The notes: a model not told the origin generated them from the letters alone. A DNA stretch of 64,000 bases from an uncultured Spirochaetota bacterium (GCA_963734545.1 CAVTHO010000008.1:256001-320000); one strand, 5' to 3'; positions 9,320 through 21,047 are shown, numbered from the stretch's first letter. Numbers and translations: made by a program.

Positions 9320-10696
9320 ATGCGAATGACAAAGTCACGGCCGCTGTTCGAATGCACCGGCTGCGGTCACCAGGAGCCGAAGTGGCTCGGCCGGTGCCCC
9401 GAATGCGGAAAGTGGAACAGCTTCACGGAAGTCGCGGCGGCTGACCTGCCTGCCCGCAGCGCGGCGTCGAAGGCGCGAAAGACCGCGGTTCCCATCCCCC
9501 TCTCCTCGATCGAGAGCCGTGAGGGCATGCGCCTGGACACGGGCATCGCGGAGATGAACAGGGTCCTCGGCGGCGGGCTCATGCGCGGTTCCTCGGTGCT
9601 GGTGGGAGGCGAGCCGGGCATCGGCAAGTCCACCCTCATGCTCCAGCTCGCCTCGCGCACCGCGCCGCCGGGGCGCAGCCTCTACATTTCCGGGGAGGAG
9701 TCCCCGGGCCAGCTCCGCATGCGGGCGGACAGGCTCCGCGTATCGTCGGACCGGATCGAGGTGCTGGCGGAGACGGAGTTGACCGCGGTCATGCAGGTCC
9801 TGGAGCAGGTGAAACCGGTCATCGCCATCGTGGATTCACTCCAGACTCTCTACACGCGTGAAGTGAATGCCCTGCCGGGGACGGTCAACCAGATCAAGGT
9901 CTGCACGCAGGAGCTGGTGGAGTGGGCGCGGACCCGCGGCACGGGCCTTCTCCTGGTGGCGCACGTGACAAAGGAAGGGGCAATCGCCGGGCCGAAGCTG
10001 GTGGAGCACCTCGTGGACACCGTGCTGTCCTTCGAGGAGGCGAGCGCCGAGGTGCGCACCCTCCAGGCGGTCAAGAACAGGTTCGGCTCCGTGGACGAGA
10101 TCGGCTTTTTCCGCATGACGGAAAACGGCCTGACGGAGGTGGAGGATGCTTCAAGCCTTTTCCTGACTCGTCGGGAGGGAGAGATCCCTCCCGGCGTGTC
10201 CGTGGCGCCCGTCTTCGAGGGGTCCCGCGCGCTGCTGGTGGAGATCCAGGGCCTCACCGTGCCGGCCAAGAGCGGGATCAGCAGGATCTATTCGGACCGG
10301 ATCGACTCGGGCAGGGTGGCGCGGATGGCGGCGGTGCTGGAAAAGCACCTGGGACTCCACCTGGCCGAGCACGACATCTACGTGAATGTCGCCGGGGGAA
10401 TTCGTATCGGCGAGGTGGGAATCGAGCTGCCGCTGGCCCTTGCCCTGTACTCGGCGCGCACGGGGGCGCCGCTCCCGGCCCGGACCGCGGTGATCGGAGA
10501 GGTGAGCCTGACAGGAGAGATCCGACCCGTGCCGGGCCTGGAAAAGCGCGCCCGCGCATGTCGGGAGCTGGGGTTCGAGACGCTGATCGGGCCCGGCGGC
10601 CCGGATGCGGAAAAGCCGGAGGGTGCCTCATTCAAGGGAGCGGAGCTCGTGAAAGAGGCGGTCCGGATAGTCTTCGGCCTTCCCGGCGGAAAGTAA
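9320..10696 (+). CDS. radA: DNA repair protein RadA/Sms
   Basis: C4 zinc finger, GGEPGIGKST Walker A, KNRFG motif, Lon-like C-terminus. Confidence 0.97.
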   Translation: MRMTKSRPLFECTGCGHQEPKWLGRCPECGKWNSFTEVAAADLPARSAASKARKTAVPIPLSSIESREGMRLDTGIAEMNRVLGGGLMRGSSVLVGGEPGIGKSTLMLQLASRTAPPGRSLYISGEESPGQLRMRADRLRVSSDRIEVLAETELTAVMQVLEQVKPVIAIVDSLQTLYTREVNALPGTVNQIKVCTQELVEWARTRGTGLLLVAHVTKEGAIAGPKLVEHLVDTVLSFEEASAEVRTLQAVKNRFGSVDEIGFFRMTENGLTEVEDASSLFLTRREGEIPPGVSVAPVFEGSRALLVEIQGLTVPAKSGISRIYSDRIDSGRVARMAAVLEKHLGLHLAEHDIYVNVAGGIRIGEVGIELPLALALYSARTGAPLPARTAVIGEVSLTGEIRPVPGLEKRARACRELGFETLIGPGGPDAEKPEGASFKGAELVKEAVRIVFGLPGGK

Positions 10697-10770
10697 CAAC
10701 CCACGCTCCAATTGCAGCTTGATTCTATTGGATAATCTACTATTATTTGATTACCTGATAGGAGCAAACC

Positions 10771-11031
10771 ATGGTTGAGATGACTGTAACCGAATTCGCC
10801 AAGAAGCTGCGGGCGGTTTTTGACCGTATAGAGTACAAGGGAGAAGAAATAGTGCTCATACGGAACAAGCATAGAATCGCGCGGATTGTTCCCGGATCGC
10901 CCCATCTCACTGCTATTGAGGCGATGGGGGACTTGTATCGCACGCTTCCCGAGGAGGCAGCAGAAGATTGGCTCGAGGAAAGCCGCTCCACTACCAGGGT
11001 TTCCGAGGAGCCGCGCAACCCGTGGGAGTGA
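10771..11031 (+). CDS. Phd/YefM-family antitoxin
   Basis: MTVTEFAKKLRAVFDRIEYKGEEIVLIRNKHRIARIVP; stop overlaps the toxin start (GTGA). Confidence 0.85.
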   Translation: MVEMTVTEFAKKLRAVFDRIEYKGEEIVLIRNKHRIARIVPGSPHLTAIEAMGDLYRTLPEEAAEDWLEESRSTTRVSEEPRNPWE

Positions 11032-11444
11032 TAGTTGATACCTGCATCTGGATAGACGTGGAGCGCGGGACCATTTCGCCGGCGGATGTTGCGAGATACA
11101 CGAAAGATGAGCCGATCTTCATTTCTCCGGTAAGTATTGCGGAGCTCAGCTACGGATCGGAAGTTGCCGCCAACGAGGCAATCCGGCAGAAGCGACTCGC
11201 AGCCTTGCACCGCATGAAGAAAAAGCCGTCCCTCCATATCGACGAGGAGACAGGTATGATATTCGGAAGCATATCAGCACATCTGAAAAAAACGGGCCGC
11301 GCGGCGGATTACCGCGTTCAGGACGTCTGGATGGGCAGCCAGGCGATCCAGTATGGCTATCGCCTGCTCACCAGGAACCGCAAGGACTTCGAGGACTTAC
11401 CGGGCCTCGAACTCATTATCTTCGGGGCTCCCGACGGGGGGTGA
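11028..11444 (+). CDS. vapC: PIN-domain VapC toxin
   Basis: GTG start; VIVDT..ID, SIAEL, QDVW and LLTRNRKDF PIN residues. Confidence 0.88.
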   Translation: MIVDTCIWIDVERGTISPADVARYTKDEPIFISPVSIAELSYGSEVAANEAIRQKRLAALHRMKKKPSLHIDEETGMIFGSISAHLKKTGRAADYRVQDVWMGSQAIQYGYRLLTRNRKDFEDLPGLELIIFGAPDGG

Positions 11445-11452
11445 TCAGTCGA

Positions 11453-12964
11453 TTACACTCCCCGGGCCAGGTGGTAGTAGGCCGCGTTCCACCGGAGCTC
11501 GTTCTTGAACTGCGTGAGCGAGGTCTTCCCGTCGATCAGCAGGAACTCGATACCGGCGATTTCGGCAAAGTCCTCCAGGTGCCTTGCGGTCACCGGCGTG
11601 GCTGTAGCCCGGCGTGGTGCGCTCCGCCCGCGTGGATCCATGCGGCGGCTGCAATCTTGAGATCCGGCCGGGGAACCCACAGGGCCCGGGCAACCGGGCA
11701 GCTTCGGCAGCGGCGCATCCGGCGCAACCACGTCCACTTCGTTCACCACCATGCGGAATCTCGTCCCCATGTCGATCACGGTTGCGTTGACGGCAGGGCC
11801 GGCTGCCGCGTTGAACACCAGCCGGGCCGGGTCGTCCTTGCCGCCGATTCCCAGCGGGTGCATCTGCAGGGACGGTTTTCCATCAGCGATGGAGGGACAG
11901 ACCTCCAGCATGTGCGCGCCCAGCACCTTCATGCCGCCCTTGGGCCAGGTGATAGGTGTAGTCTTCCATGAATGTCGTTCCGCCCGTGAAGCCCGGCAGC
12001 CATGACCTTCATGGACCGCACAAGGGCAGCGGTCTTCCAGTCTCCCTCGGCGCCGAAGCCGTATCCATCCGCCATCAGGCGCTGGACGGCGAGACCCGGG
12101 AAGCTGCGCAAGACCGTGCAGGTCCTCGAAGCAGGTCGTGAACGCGTGAAATCCCCCGGCTTCCAGGAAGTGCCGCATCCCCAGCTCGATGCGCGCCGCT
12201 TCACGCAGGCTCGCGCGTTTGGTGCCGCCGGCGCGCAGGTCCTTGTCCACCGCGTACTGGGCGTCGTACTCGGTCATGAGCCGGTCCGCATCCGCGTCCG
12301 TCACGGCCTTCACGCTCGCCACAAGGTCTCCGACGCCGTAGCCGTGCACCGCGTAGCCGAACCGGAGCTGCGCCTCCACCTTGTCGCCTTCGGTCACGGC
12401 AACTTCACGCATGTTGTCGCCGAACCGGGCGATCTTCAGGCCCTGCGCGTCGTGCCAGGCGCCGGCGGCGCGGAACCAGGTGGCAAGCTCCTGCTGGACG
12501 TCCTCGTCCTGCCAGTGGCCGACCACGACCTTGCGGTCCAGGCGCATCCGTGCGCCGATGAAGCCGAACTCCCGGTCCCCGTGGGCGGACTGGTTGAGGT
12601 TCATGAAATCCATGTCGATCGATGACCAGGGGATGTCCCGGTTGTACTGGGTGTGCAGGTGGACAAATGGCTTGCGGAGCGCGGAGAGGCCGGCAATCCA
12701 CATCTTTGCCGGGGAGAACGTGTGCATCCACGTGACCAGCCCGATGCAGTTCTTTGCCGCGTTGGCTTCCCGGCACACCTCCAGGATGGCATCCGGGGTG
12801 GTGACCACGGGCTTGAAAACGACCTTGACGGGGATCGCCGGTGATGCGGAAAGGCTGCGCGCGATCTCCTGCGCGTGCTGTCCGACCTTGTCGAGGGTTT
12901 CCTTCCCGTACAGGCTCTGGCTTCCCGTGACGAACCAGGCCTCGAGCTGTTTCAGATCGATCAT
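11453..12964 (-). CDS. araA: L-arabinose isomerase (internal compensating indels)
   Basis: [43 protein letters not shown]; the [13 protein letters not shown] segment lies in another frame near 12000-12090. Confidence 0.93.
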   Translation of the reverse strand: MIDLKQLEAWFVTGSQSLYGKETLDKVGQHAQEIARSLSASPAIPVKVVFKPVVTTPDAILEVCREANAAKNCIGLVTWMHTFSPAKMWIAGLSALRKPFVHLHTQYNRDIPWSSIDMDFMNLNQSAHGDREFGFIGARMRLDRKVVVGHWQDEDVQQELATWFRAAGAWHDAQGLKIARFGDNMREVAVTEGDKVEAQLRFGYAVHGYGVGDLVASVKAVTDADADRLMTEYDAQYAVDKDLRAGGTKRASLREAARIELGMRHFLEAGGFHAFTTCFEDLHGLAQLPGSRRPAPDGGWIRLRRRGRLEDRCPCAVHEGHGCRASRAERHSWKTTPITWPKGGMKVLGAHMLEVCPSIADGKPSLQMHPLGIGGKDDPARLVFNAAAGPAVNATVIDMGTRFRMVVNEVDVVAPDAPLPKLPGCPGPVGSPAGSQDCSRRMDPRGRSAPRRATATPVTARHLEDFAEIAGIEFLLIDGKTSLTQFKNELRWNAAYYHLARGV

Positions 12965-13891
12965 GCGTTTTTCTCCTCTCCGTCGAACACGGCCTTCAGG
13001 GCCTCCAGGGATTGCACGAGCATGCGCTCAAGCTGCGGGATCAGAGTACTCGCGGCCGACCTTGGGCCCGCTGAGCTCAAGATACCCCGTGACGGCCTCT
13101 GCTGGGAAGCGCCCCGCGTTGCGGTCGATGAGCTGCTTCAGCCGGGACAGGTCCACGATGCCGCGCGCCCGCTCCTCCGGTGCGAAGCCGAATGTCGAAT
13201 TGAAGATCGCGTCGGTGTTCTTGAAATGGAACTCCCACATCCACGGGATCTCCAGCTCGAAGAGGCTCCAGTTGTCGTGCAGGACCCTGCCCTGCGCGTC
13301 CGCCACGCCGTGGGAGATGTCTCCGCAGAGGAGAAGCGGCACGGTGCTGTCCGGATTGGCGGCCAGGAACGGATCGAGCTCCGTTGCCAGCTCGCGCACC
13401 TCCTCGGGTGTCGAGGGGTACTCCCAGACCGATGACATGGGCTCGATCGTGAGGGTCTTCAGACCCGCCTTGCGGGCCGTGCCAAGCAGGCCTTTCATGC
13501 TGTCGAAGAAGCAGCGGATGCCGCGTTCCCGCAGGTGGGGCTGGTCGCGCAGCATGATGCCGGCGTTCGAGCCGGCAGATTCGGCCCCGAGCAGGGCTGC
13601 CACGTGGATGAGCCTTTCCCATCCTTTCCGCGCGCCCTCTTCGAGCAGTGGATCGCCGCTTGCGAACCCGCCCAGCTCCCGGTGGGACGTGAAGAGGCTG
13701 CTGATGCGCACGTCCCTCTTCTCCGCCTTCGCGCGGAGCTTCTTGAAATACTCGTCCTCTGCGCTGAAAGTCGGGTAGGAGCTCCCGATCTGCAGGCGGT
13801 GAATGCCGAGGCCCTGCATGATGTCGAAGAGCCACTCGAAGCTGTAGCGGCTCTCGATCGGATCACTTTTCACACCCAGGTGCACTTTCAT
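12961..13891 (-). CDS. Xylose-isomerase-like TIM-barrel sugar (phosphate) isomerase/epimerase; indel near 13040
   Basis: TIEPMS, GDISHG, EFHFKNTD and YLEL metal-ligand pattern; corrected C-terminus ends in an ATGA overlap with araA. Confidence 0.75.
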
Positions 13892-14923
13892 GGAACGAAC
13901 ACCACCTTGTTGAAGGATTCCTTTCGCGCAAGGACCCGGGCAAACACGTCTGCCCCCTGCGGAGAGCGGCGGGGTGTGGCTCACGAGCCGGGCCACCTCG
14001 ATGCGGGAGCCGAGGTGCGAGAGGACGGTGGTCCAGTCGTTCCTTCCCTCCGGGACGACGCGGGAGTTCCAGGTGCCCCTGATCGTCAGCTCCCTCCTGA
14101 GGATGGAGGAGAAGTCCTTTTCACCGATTTCGAAGCTGCCCCGGATGTTGCCGAGAAAGACCACTTCGCCGAACCGGGCGCCGCACTGAACGGCCTGCAG
14201 GAACGTGAGAGGAAGGCCGATGGCCTCCACCACCCTGTCCGCTCCGGCCCCGCCCGTCTCCTCCTTGATCCGTGCCACCGGGTCGCCGAGCCGTGAATCC
14301 ACGGATGTGAAGCCCATTTCCGCTGCAAGGGCGAGCTTGCGATCGTCGATGTCCACGACAAAGACGCGGCTGCACCCGCGAAGACGCATCCACTGCGCGG
14401 CCATGTTCCCGATCGGGCCGCCGCCGAACACGGCCCCGAAATCACCGGGCGTGATCGAAAGCTTGTCCACGCCGTGCAGCGCGACCGCGCATGGCTCCGT
14501 GAGGGACGCGTCCTGCATGCTCACGCCCTCCGGCACCGGCATGAGGTTTGCCTCCGGCACCCAGACCTTTTCCGCGAATGCGCCGTCTCGCCGTGAGCCC
14601 AGGTAGTCGTAGTCGACGCATTGAGCGTAGTCTCCTGTCTGGCAGGGAACACAGCGCCGGCACGGTATGAGCGGGAAAACGATCACCTTCGCCCCCACGG
14701 GAAACCGCTCGTCGGCGGCACGCTCTTCGACAACGCCTGAAAACTCGTGGCCCATGATCAGGGGATAGTGATAGGCGGCACCCTCGAAGCCTCTATGCAG
14801 GTCCGAGTTGCAGATCCCCGAGTACGCCACCCGGATCAGTGCCCAGTCCGCACCGGGCCGGACCGGATCAGGTACGTCCAGGTATTCCAGCAGCCTGTCT
14901 TTTTTGAGGACCAAAGCTTTCAT
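13888..14923 (-). CDS. Zn-dependent polyol dehydrogenase (galactitol-1-phosphate 5-dehydrogenase-like); indel in a G-run near 13955
   Basis: GICNSD, GHEFSG, CRRCVPC..C, GSRRDGAFAE, GGGPIG; corrected end FNKVVFVP* overlaps the next ATG. Confidence 0.85.
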
Positions 14924-14960
14924 GGGCGAACCGTATCCGGATACACCCTGTTGTTCAAGA

Positions 14961-15000
14961 GGATTTGATTGAATTTGATCAAAATTGATCGAATCTGCTT
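14961..15000. promoter_or_regulatory. Four 10-bp direct repeats in the divergent promoter; putative DeoR operator
   Basis: GGATTTGATT GAATTTGATC AAAATTGATC GAATCTGCTT. Confidence 0.6.
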
Positions 15001-15058
15001 GATGGGAATCAGAAAAAAGGTATACTTGGCCAGGACTAACAGGGTCAGGGAGGCGGGA

Positions 15059-16121
15059 ATGAGAGCAGCCGTGCTGGAGGCGCTGAACAAGATTGCAGTC
15101 AAGGACATGCCCGAGCATGCGTGCGGGGAGGATGAGGCGATCCTCGAGGTCAACGCGTGCGCGGTCTGCGGGTCCGACATCCGCATCTTCCACTACGGCA
15201 ACGACCGGGTGAAGACACCCGCCATCATCGGACACGAGATCGCGGGACGAGTCGTGGCAGCGGGCCGGCGCGTGACGCGCGTGAAACCCGGGGACCGCAT
15301 CGCGCTGGGCGCTGACGTGCCGTGCGGCACCTGCCACTGGTGCACGAACGGCATGGGCACCAACTGCAGGATCAACTATGCCATCGGCTACCAGTTCTCC
15401 GGGGGGTTCCAGGAGCGGATGGTGCTCAACGCCACCACGCTGAACTACGGGCCGGTCACCCCATCCCCGACGGGCTGTCCTTTGCCGAGGCGGCAATCGC
15501 GGAGCCGCTGGCGTGCGCCGATGAACGGGCTGGAGCTGGCCCGGTTCGGCCTGGGGAAGAGCATCTGCATCATCGGGCTGGGGCCCATCGGGTGCATGAT
15601 GCTGGAGCTTTCCAAGGTGTTCGGCGCCTCGCGGGTCTTCGCGGCCCAGCGCTCGCGCGCCCGGCTGGACATGGCCCGGCAATTCCTCCCCGAGGCGCGG
15701 TTCATCGCCACGGAGGAGGAGGACCTCGTGGAGACGGTCATGAAGGAGACCGGCGGCGAGGGAGTGGACCTCGCCATCACCACGGCAGGCACCGTGCAGG
15801 CGCACGACGACGCCATCCGCATGGTGGCCCACCGCGGCTACGTGAATCTCTTCGGCGGGCTCAAGAACCAGCCGAAGCTCAGCATCGATTCGAACCTCAT
15901 TCACTACAAGGAATGCTTCGTCATGGGAAGCCACGGTTCTCTGCCGCGCCACCACCGAACCGGCGGTGGGGCTGATCGCAGCCGGCGCCGTGCAGGCGAA
16001 GAAGTACATCTCGCAGGTTTTTCCCCTCGAGACAACGGCAGAGGCCTTCGCCTTCCACGAGTCGCGCCGCGGCCTGAAGGTGATCGTGGCACCGCAGGGA
16101 GAGAAGGCGGCATGGTCATGA
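15059..16121 (+). CDS. Zn-dependent alcohol/polyol dehydrogenase (L-iditol dehydrogenase-like); frameshifted
   Basis: AVCGSD, GHEIAG, CGTCHWC..C, GLGPIG; C-terminus GLKVIVAP in a shifted frame. Confidence 0.82.
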
Positions 16122-16791
16122 AGAGAATTGGAATCGCCCCGTCGCTGATGTGCGCGGACTTCATCCATCTCGGGGAGGAGCTGGACCTCATGCGGGAGGA
16201 AGGCGCGGACTGCCTGCACGTGGACATCATGGACGGTCACTACGTGCCCAACTTACACGCTGGGTCCGGATTTCTGCCGGAAGCTGGCCGAATATTCTCC
16301 CCTTCCCCTCGACATCCACCTCATGATCGAAAACGTCGACGCGCACGCCCCGCTTTTCGCAAAGCTCCCGGGCGCGCGGGTGTCATTCCACCCCGAGACC
16401 GCGTGGCACCCGCTGCGCACAATCGAGCTGATCAGGAGCTGCGGCGCGCAGCCGGGCATCGCGGTGGACCCCGCGCTGCCCCTTGCCGCCGTGCAGGACA
16501 TGCTCCCCTACGTCAGCCTGGTCTGCATCATGACGGTGAACCCCGGCTACGCGGGGCAGGCTCTGATCCCCGGGGCACTGGACAAGATCCGCGCGCTGGC
16601 CGACCTGGTGCACGCTCGCGGTCTGGACATCCAGATCGAGGTGGACGGCAACGTGAGCTGGGAGAACATCCCCCGCATGGTCGAAGGCCGGCGCCGATCT
16701 GCTCGTGGCCGGAACCTCCTCGCTCTTCGACGGAAAGGGGGACCTCCGGGCCAATCTCCGCCGCATGCGCGCGGCGGTCGGCAGGGACTAG
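16118..16791 (+). CDS. Ribulose-phosphate 3-epimerase family (Rpe/AlsE-like); frameshifted
   Basis: IAPSLMCADF, LHVDIMDGHYVPN, DIHLMI, MTVNPGYAGQ, IEVDGNV, LVAGTS across frames. Confidence 0.88.
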
Positions 16792-16871
16792 GGGAATGTA
16801 GGGTGATGGCAAGCAAAAGACAGACGGGCCCACGCGTGGAGACCGCCCTTCGGGCGGTGCCGGTCTAGCGG

Positions 16872-17648
16872 ATGCTGTCCGCCGAGCGACACGCGCTTCT
16901 TCTCCGCGTGCTCCGACAGAACAGGTTCGCCTCCGTGGGCGAGCTGGCGGGAATCGCGCGGTCCTCCGCGGCCACGATCCGGCGCGACCTCGGCAGCATG
17001 GAAGAGTCGGGCCTGGTTCGCAGGGTGCGGGGCGGCGCGGAGCTTGCCGCGGGGCAGGAGGGCGCCGAGCAGCCGGGGGAGCTGCCCTTCGAATACCGCA
17101 AGGGCATCCAGCTCGAAAAGAAGCGCCTGATCGCCCGGGCGGCCGCGGCGCTCTGCACGGACGGAGAGACCGTCATGATCGACGGCGGCTCCACGACGTA
17201 CCAGATGACGGAGTTTCTCCGGGACATCCGCCTGCAGGTCATCACCAACTCGTTCGCAATCGCCCACGAGCTGGCGCGCGGCTCCCGCTGCACCGTCATC
17301 CTGAGCGGCGGCGTGGTGCATCCGGATTCCCAGCTCGTTCTGGATCCGTTCGGGGAAGACATGTTCGAAAACTACACGGCGTCCCGGCTCTTCATGGGCG
17401 TGTACGGCATCGACGAGACGGGCGCCACCAACACGGAAGCGCTCCTCATCAAGACAGAGAGGGCCATGATCGAGAGGGCCCGCACGCTCGTGGTCCTGGC
17501 GGATTCGAGCAAGTTCGACCGCCGCGGGAGCCTTCTGCTCTGCGGGTTCGAGAAGATCCACGAGCTCATCACGGATCCCGGCATCGACGCGCGGCACCGG
17601 GAGATGCTTCTCTCCCGGGGCGTGCACGTGATAGTGGCCGGGGGCTGA
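16872..17648 (+). CDS. DeoR/GlpR-family transcriptional regulator
   Basis: ATIRRDL HTH, RVRGGA, IDGGSTT, VITNS, LADSSKF. Confidence 0.93.
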   Translation: MLSAERHALLLRVLRQNRFASVGELAGIARSSAATIRRDLGSMEESGLVRRVRGGAELAAGQEGAEQPGELPFEYRKGIQLEKKRLIARAAAALCTDGETVMIDGGSTTYQMTEFLRDIRLQVITNSFAIAHELARGSRCTVILSGGVVHPDSQLVLDPFGEDMFENYTASRLFMGVYGIDETGATNTEALLIKTERAMIERARTLVVLADSSKFDRRGSLLLCGFEKIHELITDPGIDARHREMLLSRGVHVIVAGG

Positions 17649-17672
17649 ATGCGGTGGCCGGGGGCTGAATGC
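17634..17672. repeat. 20-bp-period tandem duplication spanning the DeoR stop codon
   Basis: gtggccgggggctgaatgc at 17634 and 17654, with partial copies downstream. Confidence 0.75.
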
Positions 17673-17737
17673 CACCTAACCGCACGGGGTACCGTGCGAG
17701 GTACGGTGGCCGGCCTGATCGTGGCCGGGGGCGAGCC

Positions 17738-18145
17738 CTAGCGGAGGCCGTGCTCGTTGAAGAAAGACGAGTACTTCTTGTCCGTGCCCATGATGTGGTT
17801 CTGGAGCCAGTTCTTGAGGAAGCCCATGATTTCCAGGGTGAGGCCGAATCCCTTCTGGTCCGCCCGCGCCTTCAGGTCCAGGGCCGTTCGGGTGAACTCA
17901 TCATGCTCGCTCTTGTGCGCGTCGAAGTCGGGGTAGTGGAACTTCTTCATGTACCCCTCTTCCAGCTTGAAATGCGTGGCGGCATAGTCGACCATCGCGT
18001 CAATCGTCGCCTTCTGCATCTCGCGGCCTCTCTTCGCGAGCATCGCCTCGTTCAGCGAGTTGAGCATCTCGATGAGTTTCTTGTGCTGGGTGTCGATCAC
18101 CTCCACGTTGACGCTCAACTCGTCAGTCCATTCGAAGAATGCCAT
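17738..18145 (-). CDS. Bacteriohemerythrin
   Basis: IDTQHKKL, HFKLEE, HKSEH and WLQNHIMGTD di-iron ligands. Confidence 0.95.
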   Translation of the reverse strand: MAFFEWTDELSVNVEVIDTQHKKLIEMLNSLNEAMLAKRGREMQKATIDAMVDYAATHFKLEEGYMKKFHYPDFDAHKSEHDEFTRTALDLKARADQKGFGLTLEIMGFLKNWLQNHIMGTDKKYSSFFNEHGLR

Positions 18146-18210
18146 GTTGTCTCTCCTGTGCCGTTGTACGCGCTACCACAAGCATACCACCGGGAGGTGT
18201 ATCGGTCGAG

Positions 18211-21047
18211 CTACTGCTTTTCCTTTTCCGCCCTCTTGCTCCGCAGACGCGCAATGTACAGGTACGCGGCCAGCTCGGGATCGATCTTCTCCTCCCGCGC
18301 AATGCCCGATATCCTGTGGCGCAGCTTCGTCCTTTCCTCTTCATGGGCCTTCGCGACCATGCCGGTGAGCTCGTCGTAGCTCAGCGCAGAGGGCGCCCGC
18401 CGGGGCCGCAGCAGGGCCGCGAGCCTTGCGCGCGTCCCTTCCGGCAGCACGAGCCTGCGGGCCACGACGTCCAGAAAGAACAGCGCGAGCGCGGCCAGCA
18501 GCAGGTACCGCCAGGCAGCGTTGCCCCCGGACATCCGGCCCGGTTCCCGACGGAGGACCTCGGCAATGGCGGCGTCGTCCTCGGCCGAGGTGATCACTTT
18601 CCCCCCGTGCCGGCGGCGAGCTGGCCGAGGAGCCCGGTGTCCACACCGAGCATCCGATACTCGTCGGAGTACGGAACGCTTGCCGCGAGCGTCAGGGGCG
18701 CCAGGGTCACGTCACCCGCTTTCGCGGACAGCGTGACGGCGTAGTCCCCCACCCGGCCGGCGTCGAAGCCTCCCTCGTAGAGCCCCGGCCCGACCTGGCC
18801 CACCTTGATTTCTGTGCGTTCCCCCTCCGGGCCGAGCACGATGCCGCTCAGCTCCAGGCCATTGACGAATGCGCCGACCGCGTCGTAGGCGTCCACGCGG
18901 ACGGACGCCTTTCCGCGCGATACGTCGATGCGCGGGTGAAGAAACTCACCACCGGAGGGCCGCTCGATCCACCGGACCTGCTGCGCGGCGAATCGGGGAA
19001 ACTGGTCCCAGCCGAGCCACGCCCGGCTCCACCTGCCGCGAAAGTCCGATGTGAAGGCCGCGGTCCTGCCCAGGCCGTAGCGCCACTCGGCCAGGAGCGG
19101 CGCGTCGTAGAGCGCGGAGAGCACCATCTCCGCGCCCGGTTTCATGTAGGTGAGGACAAAGCCGGCAAGACTCGGCATCCCTTCCAGCGAGATGCCGCGG
19201 ATGCTTTCCCCCGCCGACACGGCGCGGGGGAAAAAACTCTTCTCCACGAGGAGCCCCCGGGTCACCAGGGTGGTCTCCGTCATGAATATCTGCGGCACGT
19301 CGCGCGGATCGGCCGTGGCATACGTGCGGCCTCCGCCCCATCGCGCGATGCTCCGCAGCAGCGCCGTGTCGGCGTCCTCTCCCACCGCCACCGTGGAAAC
19401 GCTGATCTTCTCCCGCGCCATCCTGCGGACCAGCTTCTCGAACTCGCCCGGGTTGGTCAGACCGTCCGTCAGGACGATTATGTGCCGCAGGGGAGCGGTG
19501 GCAGAGGAAATGGCCCGGTAGGCCTCCTCCAGGGCGGGGTACATGACGGTGCCGCCGCCCGGCTGGAGAGAGGCCAGGTCCGCGACGATCTGCTGGATGT
19601 CACCCGCGTCGGTAATGGGCACCGTCCATTCCCAGTCCGCGTCGAACGCCAGGAGACCCACCCGGTCGAAGGGGTTGAGCAGCTCGATGGAGGAGAGCGC
19701 GGCGGATTTCACCACGTCGAGCTTCGTCTCCCCGGTGGGCACCGGACTGCTCATGCTGCCCGACTTGTCGATGACGAGGACCAGGGCGACGCGCGGGAGC
19801 TGCACCTGCGACTTCACGTCCATGTCCACGGGAAGAATTCTCTCGATCGGGGTCTTGTAGTACCCGCCGGAGCCGAAGCTGCTCGGACCCCCGATCATCA
19901 GGAGACCGCCGCCCGTGTCGCGCACGTAGTGCGCAATCGTCTCCATCTTCTCATTGGAGATGCCATAGCCGGGCACGTCATCGAGGATGAGCGCGTCGTA
20001 CGGGAGATAGCCCACGAGGGTACCGGGCAGCGCGGCCGGGCTTCGTTCCACCGTGGTGATGCCCTGCGCCGCCAGCGCGGCAAGCAGAGCCGGCGACTCG
20101 TGACCGGGCCGGGCCACGTACAGGACCTGCGGGGGGCCGGTCACTTCCACGAATCGCCGATAGTGATTGTTCTCGGGACTGGCATCGGAAGGGGCCTCGA
20201 CCAGCGCGTCCCACGCCTGCAGGCCCCTCTGCGGGAAGACAGCGGAGAACTGCACCGCGTTCTCCCCCGGCGCGAGCAGGCCTTCCCGCGTCGCCACCGG
20301 CAGACCCTCGCGGAACAGGGTGACCCGGGCCCGGGTTTCCGTTCTGCTGCGCACCATGACGGTCACCTCGTGCGGCTCGCCCTGCCGCACGCGCTCGGGG
20401 GCGCGAATGTCTTCGACGGAGACTTCGCCGCGATTGATCACCGGTCCTGACACGATCCGGGTGGAGAGCGGCGCCGGAAAGATCCTGGCCCCGAGGGACC
20501 GTGCCACGGTGGCAGCCTGCTCCGCGCTGCCCCTGTTTTCATTTCCGTCCGTCAGGAGCACGATCCGGGGCGCTCCGCCCGTCACCTGCGCGAGGCTGAA
20601 CTGGATTGCGCCGCCGATGTCCGTGGCCCCCCCGTCCACTTCGCCGTGCTCACCGGGAAGAGCCGCGCCGGGCGCGAGCGGCTCCAGCTCGGCGTTCGCG
20701 CCGAACCGTGCCAGGTAGGCATTGTCTCCCGCGGCCCCCCATGAACGGCCCGGTCTCAGTCTGCCGCGGATGGCTTCGATGATCTGCGCCGCGCTCGCGC
20801 GCTGCTGGTCGCTGATGCTCCGGGAATCGTCGAGGAGGAAAATGACGGTGAGCTGGTCGGAGAGCCGCGCAAGCCCGAGCCCTCCGAGACCGAGCGCGAG
20901 AAGCGCGATGGCCGCGCTGCGCATGAAAAGAAACGCTCTGCGGCGCGCGGGGGAAAGCTGGCCGGCCCGCAGCGTGCGTGCCGTGATGAAAACGAGGGGC
21001 GGGATGACCAGCAGAACAAGGAGCCAGGCAGGAGACTGGAGGCTCAT
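18211..21047 (-). CDS. Membrane protein with two VWA domains and a GATase1-like domain; indel in a C-run near 18600
   Basis: DDSRSI and DKSGSM MIDAS motifs, LTDG twice, GGGLLMIGG..SFGSGGY; C-terminal TM segment in a shifted frame. Confidence 0.85.

Noticed and set aside
13028-16240. 1070-aa minus-strand ORF appearing to fuse a dehydrogenase and a TIM-barrel isomerase
   Set aside because: The N-terminal part is antisense to real plus-strand genes, and the fusion disappears when one G near 13955 is removed, restoring a stop with ATGA overlap.
14969-16801. 610-aa ORF appearing to fuse a dehydrogenase and Rpe
   Set aside because: Indel artefact; the natural dehydrogenase C-terminus and ATGA junction at 16118-16121 are present in another frame.
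17634-17735. Possible mini CRISPR array
   Set aside because: Only two adjacent near-full copies with no unique spacers, and no cas genes.
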